A stretch of 50,712 bases of DNA. Origin: an uncultured Gammaproteobacteria bacterium. Lineage in GTDB: Bacteria; Patescibacteriota; Patescibacteriia; UBA9934. Within the stretch, counting starts at the first letter, position 1, and every line of letters starts with the position of its first letter. The stretch covers positions 1-50,712 of the forward strand of contig CAYWYQ010000004.1 in NCBI GenBank assembly GCA_964462325.1. The letters are read 5' to 3'. Shown in pieces: positions 1 to 10,741 of this stretch. The notes below the pieces were generated by a model. That model worked only from the letters and a program-made list of their open reading frames with translations, was not told the origin of the DNA and did no database searches. A program made the translations under genes and the position numbers.

Positions 1-1289
1 TTCATGATTTATCCGGATCAGGTCAACCAATGATTGTTGATACGGTCGATCGATTAAGTGCGCTCGGTGATCCAGTTATTGTTACTGGCAAGCATTTAGA
101 ATCGACAACAATGACCATACTGCATCGCATGGGGCGCATGGATGTATCGGTGCTTGTTGAACCTTCTTCAAAAGATACGGCTGCAGCGATAGCGCTTCTT
201 ACAAAATATGCACTCGAGCAAGGGGACGATACAATGGTAGGAGTCTTTCCTGCGGATCATGTTATTGAACACGATGATATTTTTGAATACACAGTAAGAA
301 AGTCGCTAGATACAGCGAATGAAAAACAAGCGGTTGTAACGATAGGTATTGTGCCACATTATGCAGCAACATCTTTTGGATACCTTCAATTGACTGACTT
401 GGATAGCGAAGTAAAGAAGGTAAAGACATTTATCGAAAAGCCGAATAAGGAAAAGGCGGAAGAATTATTACGGAAAGGAGATGTTGTTTGGAATGCGGGT
501 ATGTTTATCTTTCCTGCACGCGTGATGAAAAAGCTCTTCGAGCAGTATATGCCAGATATGTGGTCTGCAATTCTTGAGGCTGATACGGAGGAAGAATTAG
601 TACAAGTATTCGATGCGATAGAAGGGAAGAGTATCGATTATGGCATTATGGAAAAGGCAGGGAATTTACTTTGTATTCCGGCTGAATTTGGTTGGAAGGA
701 TCTGGGAAGTTGGGAGGATATTGTGGCAAGAAAAGGAAGTACGGATAAACTTGTTCAAGTACATGCGCAAAATGGGACATTTGTACATATGCACCCTATG
801 CAAAAAACGGCTGTAATTATTGGAATGGATGATGTGATTGTGGTCGACACACCAGATGCATTGCTTGTTATGAAGTCTGGAGAGGGGCAAAATATGAAGA
901 AAGCGGTGCAAGAATTAAAACAGGAATCAAGCACGCAATTAGAGGAGCATCGATTTGAAGAAAGGCCTTGGGGAAGATTTGAAGTTTTGCTCGACACGCC
1001 GTCCTTCAAAAGCAAAAGACTCATTTTATTACCGGGAAAAAAACTGTCGTATCAAAGACATGAAAAACGGAAAGAACATTGGACGATTACGAAAGGGAAA
1101 GGAGTTGTTTTGCTAAATGGTGTTGAAAAAGAGGTCATAGCAGGGGACAATGTAACTATTCCTCCCGGAATGAAACATCGTCTAGGAAATGTGTCGAGCG
1201 AACCTCTGGAATGGATCGAGGTTCAAACGGGGAGTTACTTTGGCGAAGACGATATTGAACGATTCGAAGATGATTTTGGAAGGGTGTAA
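1..1289 (+). CDS. manC: Mannose-1-phosphate guanylyltransferase / mannose-6-phosphate isomerase, 5' end outside the window
   Basis: Motifs EPxxKDTA, PADH, FxEKP, WNAGMF and SIDYGIMEK; C-terminal cupin RPWG...SYQRH...EHW...EVQTGSYFGEDDIERFEDDFGR. Frame is open upstream of the ATG at 30. Confidence 0.93.
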   Translation, partial: HDLSGSGQPMIVDTVDRLSALGDPVIVTGKHLESTTMTILHRMGRMDVSVLVEPSSKDTAAAIALLTKYALEQGDDTMVGVFPADHVIEHDDIFEYTVRKSLDTANEKQAVVTIGIVPHYAATSFGYLQLTDLDSEVKKVKTFIEKPNKEKAEELLRKGDVVWNAGMFIFPARVMKKLFEQYMPDMWSAILEADTEEELVQVFDAIEGKSIDYGIMEKAGNLLCIPAEFGWKDLGSWEDIVARKGSTDKLVQVHAQNGTFVHMHPMQKTAVIIGMDDVIVVDTPDALLVMKSGEGQNMKKAVQELKQESSTQLEEHRFEERPWGRFEVLLDTPSFKSKRLILLPGKKLSYQRHEKRKEHWTITKGKGVVLLNGVEKEVIAGDNVTIPPGMKHRLGNVSSEPLEWIEVQTGSYFGEDDIERFEDDFGRV

Positions 1290-1305
1290 GGCGCATGGAC
1301 CCAGG

Positions 1306-1324
1306 CAAAACGTTTTTCAGAAAG
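1306..1324. repeat. 19-bp inverted repeat, left copy (CAAAACGTTTTTCAGAAAG)
   Basis: Exact reverse complement of 1726-1744. Confidence 0.85.
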
Positions 1325-1353
1325 AGGGCGCAACAGATGCTGCGCACGAGAGG

Positions 1354-1689
1354 TTACGAAAAATCAATGCGAAACGCGCTTCCTTGATCAGAGAACCCAA
1401 GTGATAAGTACATCCTGTGCACTTTAGGTCGTGAGTGTCTACTGGTGGCAATCAATTTGTAACACCCATTATTTTTTGAGGCGTCAATTACCTTTCTAAC
1501 AAGAGAAGTTCCGTAACCACGACCACGGGCAGATTCCTCTATGAACACATCTTCCATTAATCCAAATGGTTGATCATGTAAATCATTGTACATGATGTAG
1601 AGGAATGCATGGCCTACTTCATTATTACTGTTGTCGAATATACCGAATCTAATGCCAGTACACTCAGCATCTTTCTGAACGATTTCCAT
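1354..1689 (-). CDS. Small GNAT-family acetyltransferase
   Basis: EDVFI..ARGRGYGT acetyl-CoA motif A and YLSLGF; SD AGGAG upstream. Confidence 0.85.
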   Translation of the reverse strand: MEIVQKDAECTGIRFGIFDNSNNEVGHAFLYIMYNDLHDQPFGLMEDVFIEESARGRGYGTSLVRKVIDASKNNGCYKLIATSRHSRPKVHRMYLSLGFSDQGSAFRIDFS

Positions 1690-1725
1690 GGGTATCTCCT
1701 AGGATAAAGGTCTGGGTTTTAGTCC

Positions 1726-1744
1726 CTTTCTGAAAAACGTTTTG
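1726..1744. repeat. 19-bp inverted repeat, right copy (CTTTCTGAAAAACGTTTTG)
   Basis: Exact reverse complement of 1306-1324. Confidence 0.85.
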
Positions 1745-1820
1745 TAAAAGAGCGATATGAGCAGAGGTTTTCAAGTTGTAGAGCGAGCTGTAACCGTGCA
1801 GAGGAATAGGGTATCATGAA

Positions 1821-2324
1821 TCAGTAATCTAATTCATAGTTTGGAAAGCCTCGTGATTCTAAGCCCTTCAGCAGCCTTTGAAGCACATCAGCATTTAATG
1901 TATCAGTTTGAATGTGCTTCTTCAGCTTCTCGGGATTGTTATTGAGGTAGGAAGCTGTTCCTTCTAAATAGTTTGTCCATTCCGTATCCCATCCTTTCTT
2001 TGAAAGGCTTAATGCTTCATCTAGTAATTCTAAAACTTCAGAAACATCACCACTCTTCAAAAGCTTACTTTGCAGCACATGAAAGAGTTCAAAACTTAAA
2101 GCATGATAGTAATCTGCTTCATACTCACTTCCAATGAATGAAGATTCTTTCGCTTTAAGTTTATCATAACATTCCTGTGCATGAATACGATCTGCAGTAC
2201 TTTGGTCAAGTGCATCAATTTCATCAAGAAATGTTTTAAGTTCCTCGGATTTTAGCTCAGATTCTTGTTTAGGTATATCTGACTTTTTTTCTCTCATAGT
2301 GTTGTATAATTTCTTTACGCTCAA
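1821..2324 (-). CDS. Hypothetical alpha-helical protein (alternative start ATG 2297)
   Basis: 167-aa ORF with no recognised motif. Confidence 0.65.
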   Translation of the reverse strand: MSVKKLYNTMREKKSDIPKQESELKSEELKTFLDEIDALDQSTADRIHAQECYDKLKAKESSFIGSEYEADYYHALSFELFHVLQSKLLKSGDVSEVLELLDEALSLSKKGWDTEWTNYLEGTASYLNNNPEKLKKHIQTDTLNADVLQRLLKGLESRGFPNYELDY

Positions 2325-2379
2325 TTTTTCAGTATATAAGATGTTGTGCGTATATCTTAATACGCACTTTAGTATCTAA

Positions 2380-2976
2380 CTACAAAGATGAAGCACCTTC
2401 TTGCAATGCATCCATGAAATTATTGAATTTGTCTTGAAAACTCTCACCGGAAATTTCAACCAAGTTTGGATGAACGCTCCAAATATCGCGCGTTTTCAAA
2501 CTTCTAGCTAATGCCGTTTTATAATCCTCATAACGCACAGGATTATTCAGGACTTTTGCTTCATATATTTCTTGCGGCGGTAAATCGAACCAAAAAACCT
2601 TATCATAACGCAGAACCTCGTTTTTTACATCGATTCCAGTAAGTTCTTCATATTCACTCTGACCGCCGGGCAAATAGGCGATTCCGTCCAAAATTCCTCG
2701 ATCTGCGACAACAAAATCTTTCCCGAGTTCCTTGGCGCGTATGAGTGAAAGGTCCTCGGCGAGCATTTGCTGCCTTGCGAGTAAATGCTGAAAGCGTCTT
2801 TGAATTTCAGGGTTTTCAAATTCTTTCCCGAAAATTTCATGTTCACGTAAAATCATGGTCGCCGCTTCCGGAACAACAAAAATATGATCATGCATTTCAC
2901 GAAGCCATCTCGATGTCTTCGTTTTTCCAGAACAAGGTCCTCCGGTGATTGTATAGAGTTTCAAGGAATCTGACAT
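2380..2976 (-). CDS. AAA_28/NadR-like P-loop nucleotide kinase/ATPase
   Basis: ITGGPCSGKT Walker A, VPEAAT and DRGxxD motifs. Confidence 0.8.
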   Translation of the reverse strand: MSDSLKLYTITGGPCSGKTKTSRWLREMHDHIFVVPEAATMILREHEIFGKEFENPEIQRRFQHLLARQQMLAEDLSLIRAKELGKDFVVADRGILDGIAYLPGGQSEYEELTGIDVKNEVLRYDKVFWFDLPPQEIYEAKVLNNPVRYEDYKTALARSLKTRDIWSVHPNLVEISGESFQDKFNNFMDALQEGASSL

Positions 2977-3051
2977 ATGTGCATTTTAGCACTTCAGGGT
3001 CATTGCACGTATCCACAGAACGATTTTCGAAAGAGATTGAGAGTAAAACGG

Positions 3052-3080
3052 TTGACATGAAGGGAAAAATCAGGCACAAT
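3052..3080 (+). promoter_or_regulatory. Putative sigma70 promoter of the atp operon
   Basis: TTGACA-N17-CACAAT, 10 nt before the ATG at 3091. Confidence 0.55.
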
Positions 3081-3090
3081 TCCGGCGTCT

Positions 3091-3324
3091 ATGAAGATGT
3101 TTACCTTAAAACAACGTTTCACGATTTGGTCGACCGCATTAGGGTCACTTCTCGTATTTGGTTTTATAGGTTGGGGGCTGGATCGGTTATTCAATTCCTG
3201 GCCAATCATATTCGTTATTGCAATTTTATTGTCATTTCCTGTAGCAATTGCGGTGGTAATCAAGCGTCTTCAGCCTGTCATAAAGGCAGATCTTGAACGA
3301 TTAGAAAAAGAGATGAAGAATTAG
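3091..3324 (+). CDS. AtpZ/AtpI-family ATP synthase accessory protein
   Basis: Two TM helices with GWGLDR..P motif; first gene of the atp operon. Confidence 0.75.
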   Translation: MKMFTLKQRFTIWSTALGSLLVFGFIGWGLDRLFNSWPIIFVIAILLSFPVAIAVVIKRLQPVIKADLERLEKEMKN

Positions 3325-3325
3325 T

Positions 3326-4108
3326 ATGGATATTTCATTAGCAGCAAGAGTACTCTTTAACATCGGACCACTTCCGATAACAGATGCCTTTCTTGGTGCT
3401 GTTTTAGTTTCAGCAACACTGCTATTCTTCTCTATTGCAGCAACGCGTAAGTTCTCATTGATTCCAACGCGAATTCAAATGGTGCTCGAACTGATTTCAG
3501 AGTATCTTCTTGAACAGCTTGAACAGGCATTTGGATCAAAAACAGAGGCGCGAAAATTCTTCCCGCTCATCATGACGCTATTACTTTTTATCGTGGTAGC
3601 AAATCAATTTACGCTCATCCCGCTCATATTCGAAATTACCTACAATGGATTCGATGTACTGCGCCAACCGACTTCTGACTTAACGGGGACATTGGCACTT
3701 TCCATTATGGTCGTTGTTTTGTCTCATATTTTAGCAATCAGAATTTCGCCACTTCGGCATTTGGGGAACTTCCTCCCATTTCACAAATTCCTTAAGATAA
3801 GAAGTTTCGGAGAGTTCTTTAATGCCTGCGTAGACTTGTTTATAGGTGTACTGAATATTATCGGAGAATTCGCAAAAGTTGTTTCACTGGCTGCGCGTCT
3901 ATTCGGAAATGTCTTTGCGGGGAATGTCATGGTTGCGGTTATTGCCGGACTTGCCGCATTTACGCAGTTTATTGTACCAATTCCATTTATAGCCCTTAGC
4001 GTCTTTTCTGGATTCATTCAGGCATTCGTCTTCATGCTTCTTAGTATGCAATTCATTGCTATGACGATTGAAGGCGCAAAGCCAGAAATGGAAGAAGCAA
4101 TCGCATAG
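3326..4108 (+). CDS. atpB: ATP synthase F0 subunit a
   Basis: PTSD, SLAARLFGN (essential Arg) and IQAFVF motifs. Confidence 0.96.
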   Translation: MDISLAARVLFNIGPLPITDAFLGAVLVSATLLFFSIAATRKFSLIPTRIQMVLELISEYLLEQLEQAFGSKTEARKFFPLIMTLLLFIVVANQFTLIPLIFEITYNGFDVLRQPTSDLTGTLALSIMVVVLSHILAIRISPLRHLGNFLPFHKFLKIRSFGEFFNACVDLFIGVLNIIGEFAKVVSLAARLFGNVFAGNVMVAVIAGLAAFTQFIVPIPFIALSVFSGFIQAFVFMLLSMQFIAMTIEGAKPEMEEAIA

Positions 4109-4220
4109 GTTGACGCCTAGCAGGGCTTGCGAGCCTTGTATGATGTCAATCTGTTCAGACTGACAGTGCAAGTGATTTTCGGTCACTTACACGAATGTAT
4201 AACTTATTATTAATTAATGA

Positions 4221-4580
<360 letters not shown>

Positions 4581-4586
4581 TTTTCT

Positions 4587-5084
4587 ATGGATGCTCTCGC
4601 AAATCTCGGAATTGATGGTTGGAGCATAGTGCTTTACTTGGTGAACTTTGGTGTCATCCTTTTTGTGCTACATAAATGGGTGTATACACCTCTTTTGAAG
4701 GTCATTGATGAACGGCGTGAACAGATTCGGAAAAATGTAAATGAGGCAGAAATGCTGCGAAAAAATTTCGAAGATGTTGCCGCAAAGCAGAAAGAAGAAA
4801 ATGAAGCATATATTGCGGAAAATAAAGCAAAGATTGCCGAGGCTCAAAAATTTGCCAAGCAAGGAGCGCGAGAAATCATTGCCGACGCTGACGCAAGACG
4901 TGAAGCAATGCTTGCAGAAACAATGGCGCAGGTAGAAGTGCTTAAATCTGGAGTCATTGAAGGTGCTGAATCAGAAATGAAAGATCGAATTAAAAAAATT
5001 GTTCTTCATGTTTTGCAGAATACCGTGCCTGAAAAAGCGGTAAAGCAGAGCGTAGAAGATGCAGTAAAGGTTGTTGCAAAATAG
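4587..5084 (+). CDS. atpF: ATP synthase F0 subunit b
   Basis: N-terminal TM VNFxxI...YxPL..ERR followed by a coiled coil; operon position. Confidence 0.92.
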   Translation: MDALANLGIDGWSIVLYLVNFGVILFVLHKWVYTPLLKVIDERREQIRKNVNEAEMLRKNFEDVAAKQKEENEAYIAENKAKIAEAQKFAKQGAREIIADADARREAMLAETMAQVEVLKSGVIEGAESEMKDRIKKIVLHVLQNTVPEKAVKQSVEDAVKVVAK

Positions 5085-5086
5085 AT

Positions 5087-5722
5087 ATGATCACCGACAT
5101 ACTTGGAGCAATTCTTTTTGATAGCGCAACAGTCGCAAATGTGGACGATTTCTTTTCAAAGAAAGCGCGCATGCGTAGTTCGCTCATCAAAGAACAGCTT
5201 GGGACATATCCACGTCCACTTCTTGCGTATCTTGAAACCGTTTCAAAAGAACAGTTTACACAAGATGCAAGCATCCTTTTGCCTATCGTGAGTGCAAAAG
5301 TTTCGATTATGTCGGATGGTGCGGCGGTTATGGGGAATAAACTCGTGAAAGCATTCATAGCATTTTTAAAGAATGATCTTGTGAAGATGGATACGAATGG
5401 AAATACGATGCTTCATAAAACGCTGAAAGGATTTGAAGGAGAAGGTATGTCAGGGAAGATGCTGAAACGAATACTAATTCGTGAAGCTCAGTCAGTACTT
5501 CTGCATGTAGAAGGAGAAGAATCTGCAACCGTTCAACTTGCAACAGATTTGAGCGAAACAAAATTAGCAGCATTAACCGAAACACTTTCTGAGCAAGGAG
5601 GAATTCCGCAGTTTATTATCAATGAAGAACTCATTGGGGGAATGCGACTCTTTAAATCAGGTACATTGCGGGACGCAAGTTGGCGTGCACGCGTCAATAC
5701 ATTATTTAGTGCGATTGGGTAA
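5087..5722 (+). CDS. atpH: ATP synthase F1 delta subunit (divergent)
   Basis: Lies between atpF and atpA; C-terminal NEELIGGMRL...DAS motif. Confidence 0.75.
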   Translation: MITDILGAILFDSATVANVDDFFSKKARMRSSLIKEQLGTYPRPLLAYLETVSKEQFTQDASILLPIVSAKVSIMSDGAAVMGNKLVKAFIAFLKNDLVKMDTNGNTMLHKTLKGFEGEGMSGKMLKRILIREAQSVLLHVEGEESATVQLATDLSETKLAALTETLSEQGGIPQFIINEELIGGMRLFKSGTLRDASWRARVNTLFSAIG

Positions 5723-5730
5723 GTCGGAAA

Positions 5731-5760
5731 GTACTTACTACGAACTACTTACTACTTACT
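5731..5760 (+). repeat. CTA-phased heptamer tandem tract
   Basis: gtactta ctacgaa ctactta ctactta ct. Confidence 0.6.
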
Positions 5761-5775
5761 TTTGCAAATAGAAAT

Positions 5776-7296
5776 ATGGAAACGAAGGATTTACGAAATT
5801 TTTTCACGGCTCTAGACTCTGCGATTGGTTCTGCGGAGCAGGCAGACAGTGAAAAGAAAAATGCAGGAATTATTCGAAGTGTGAAGGACGGCGTTCTTCA
5901 TATTTACGGACTTTCTGGTCTTAAAATGGGAGAAGTAATTACCGTGGAAGGGAGCGATACACGCGCACTGGTGATGGAACTTGATGGCAGGAATACCTAT
6001 GCGGTATTACTTGTGAATGATACAACCGTTAAAGAAGGACAGGCCGTGTCTACAACAGGGGAATTCCTTGGCGTTTCTGTGTCAGAAGATATGCTCGGTC
6101 GTGTGATTGATCCACTTGGAATGGCAATTGACGGGGATGCGAAAATCAAAAAAGGAGAATTGATGCCTATGGAACGCATCGCTCCAGGTGTAATGACACG
6201 AGAACCTGTTTCAGAACCTGTACAAACGGGAATTGTGAGTATTGATTCAATGATTCCGGTTGGGCGCGGACAGAGGGAACTTATTATTGGTGATCGTCAA
6301 ACAGGAAAAACAACCGTTGCAATTGATACCATTCTGAACCAAAAAGGTCAGAATATGGTTTGTGTCTATGTAGCGATTGGTCAAAGAGAATCTAGTACCG
6401 CATCTGTCGTAGAGACATTGCGTGCTGGCGGAGCTCTTGATTACACGATTGTAGTGAATGCAGGAGCGTCGAAATCAGCGGTATCTCAATTCCTTGCACC
6501 CTATGCAGGAACGGCAATTGCTGAATACTTTTTAGGAAAAGGTCAGGATGTACTTGTGGTGTACGATGATCTTTCAAAGCATGCAGTTGCGTACCGTGAA
6601 CTTTCACTCTTGCTTCGTCGTCCACCAGGCCGCGAGGCATATCCTGGAGATGTATTTTACTTGCATTCACGTCTTCTTGAACGCGCCGTGCGACTTAATA
6701 AGGAGAATGGAGGAGGAAGTATTACGGCACTCCCTATTATTGAAACGCAAGCGGGAGATGTTTCTGCTTATATTCCAACGAATGTTATTTCGATCACGGA
6801 TGGACAGATTTTCCTGGAATCTCGTTTATTTGCAAGCGGGATTCGTCCAGCGATCAATATTGGTATTTCTGTATCTCGTGTCGGTGGATCTGCACAAACA
6901 AAGGTGATGAAGAAGGTTGCCGGAACAGCAAAGCTTGATTTGGCGCAATACTATGAATTGGCAGCTTTCTCTCAATTCGCGTCAGAATTAGATGAAGCAA
7001 CAAAGAAGCAGCTTACTCGAGGTGAGCGTGTGCAGGAAGCGATGAAGCAAAAAGAAAATGCACCATATGAATTGTGGCAGGAAATTATTGTCTTGCGCGC
7101 CGCAACATCTGGATTCCTTGATGCATCAGATGCGAATGACGTGCAAGGACTTATTGCTCAGTTATTGCAACATATTGCCGCAAATGAAGGTGGGCTTGTA
7201 AAGAAAATTACAGAAGAAAAAGCTCTAACAGATGAAATAAAAGAAATGCTTGATAAGGCCATTGAAAGTGGCGTAAAGGCATTAACGAACAAATAA
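5776..7296 (+). CDS. atpA: ATP synthase F1 alpha subunit
   Basis: GDRQTGKT, PPGREAYPGDVFYLHSRLLER. Confidence 0.98.
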   Translation: METKDLRNFFTALDSAIGSAEQADSEKKNAGIIRSVKDGVLHIYGLSGLKMGEVITVEGSDTRALVMELDGRNTYAVLLVNDTTVKEGQAVSTTGEFLGVSVSEDMLGRVIDPLGMAIDGDAKIKKGELMPMERIAPGVMTREPVSEPVQTGIVSIDSMIPVGRGQRELIIGDRQTGKTTVAIDTILNQKGQNMVCVYVAIGQRESSTASVVETLRAGGALDYTIVVNAGASKSAVSQFLAPYAGTAIAEYFLGKGQDVLVVYDDLSKHAVAYRELSLLLRRPPGREAYPGDVFYLHSRLLERAVRLNKENGGGSITALPIIETQAGDVSAYIPTNVISITDGQIFLESRLFASGIRPAINIGISVSRVGGSAQTKVMKKVAGTAKLDLAQYYELAAFSQFASELDEATKKQLTRGERVQEAMKQKENAPYELWQEIIVLRAATSGFLDASDANDVQGLIAQLLQHIAANEGGLVKKITEEKALTDEIKEMLDKAIESGVKALTNK

Positions 7297-7304
7297 ACTA
7301 AATT

Positions 7305-7455
7305 CGTCATTCTTGTGAAAGTAGGAATCTAACGCCACCTGTCATCTCGAGTGAGTTCCACGAACCGAGAGATCTACTAAGTAGATTTCTTCACTCGCTG
7401 AGCTCGGTCGAAATGACAATCAACGCTGGATCCCGGATCGGAGTCCGGGATGACA
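7305..7455. repeat. Nested REP-like doublets (GTCAT.../...ATGAC family)
   Basis: Outer pair 7305-7330 / 7427-7455; inner pair 7340-7375 / 7383-7418. Confidence 0.8.
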
Positions 7456-7462
7456 AAAGTCT

Positions 7463-9885
<2,423 letters not shown>

Positions 9886-9886
9886 C

Positions 9887-10028
9887 GAGGTCTGAACTGA
9901 CGCTCTCGCACGTTCCAAATTAAGGTACTGACTGAATCAATGCGACTTAAGGTCCGATCTCTCGCTTGATGTGCCGACCTTTCGATACATCCTAAGGTGC
10001 GGACCTCTTTCAGAGGTAACGACCTTAG
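9887..10028 (+). repeat. Degenerate AGGTCnGACCT palindrome array
   Basis: Several AGGT..GACCT-like units; blocks shared with the reverse complement of 49810-49894. Confidence 0.6.
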
Positions 10029-10067
10029 GGCAGGTAACGCGTGTTAAGTTGCTAAAAGCTAGCTTGT

Positions 10068-10176
10068 CGTCATTTCGACCGAATGAAACACATCTCCGTC
10101 ATTTCGATCGAATGAAGTGAGTGGAGAAATCTACTTAACGAGATGCGCTAGATTCCGGGTCAGGCCCGGAATGACA
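10068..10176. repeat. REP-like cluster (GTCATTTCGA.../...GGAATGAC)
   Basis: cgtcatttcgaccgaatgaa near-duplicated at 10097; ctagattccgggtcaggcccggaatgaca. Confidence 0.75.
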
Positions 10177-10183
10177 GTTTGTA

Positions 10184-10306
10184 CTGAAAGCTAAAGAGCT
10201 AATTCGCTAATTGCTAGACTACTCTTCGACTACTCTCTACTCCCTACAACCTACCCCCTAATCGGCTAATCGCTACCCCCTACAACCTACTCCCTACAAC
10301 CTATTT
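10184..10306 (+). repeat. CTA-phased heptamer tandem tract abutting the atpC start
   Basis: ctactct ctactcc ctacaac ctacccc ... ctacaac ctattt ATG. Confidence 0.75.
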
Positions 10307-10729
10307 ATGTCACAAACAAAAACATTTAACTTCACATTACTCGCTCCTACAAAGGAGTGGTTTTCGGGACCGGCGGATTCAGTACATTTCTCTACCAAGT
10401 CCGGGGAGATGGAAATTCTTCCAGAGCATGTCTCACTAGTAGGTATTATTGATTTTACGATTGTAAAAGTACGAAAGAATGGTCATGTGGATGAGTTTTT
10501 GGTGCGCAGCGGTGCGGTATCGATTGACCCAGAAGGAAAAGAGGTTCGCATGCTTGCACAAGATGTTCAGGACCGGAAGAGTATGGATAAGAAGAGTCTG
10601 AAGGAATATCTCACATTCGTAGTAGATAAACTAAAAAAACCGGAAGAACTTTCAAAGTATCAAATCAATTTCTTGGAAGATACAAAAGTCGGATTAGAAA
10701 AATCATTCGAAATTTTGAAACAAAATTAA
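10307..10729 (+). CDS. atpC: ATP synthase F1 epsilon subunit
   Basis: GEMEILPEH motif; last atp gene. Confidence 0.9.
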   Translation: MSQTKTFNFTLLAPTKEWFSGPADSVHFSTKSGEMEILPEHVSLVGIIDFTIVKVRKNGHVDEFLVRSGAVSIDPEGKEVRMLAQDVQDRKSMDKKSLKEYLTFVVDKLKKPEELSKYQINFLEDTKVGLEKSFEILKQN

Positions 10730-10741
10730 ACAGCTGAAAGT

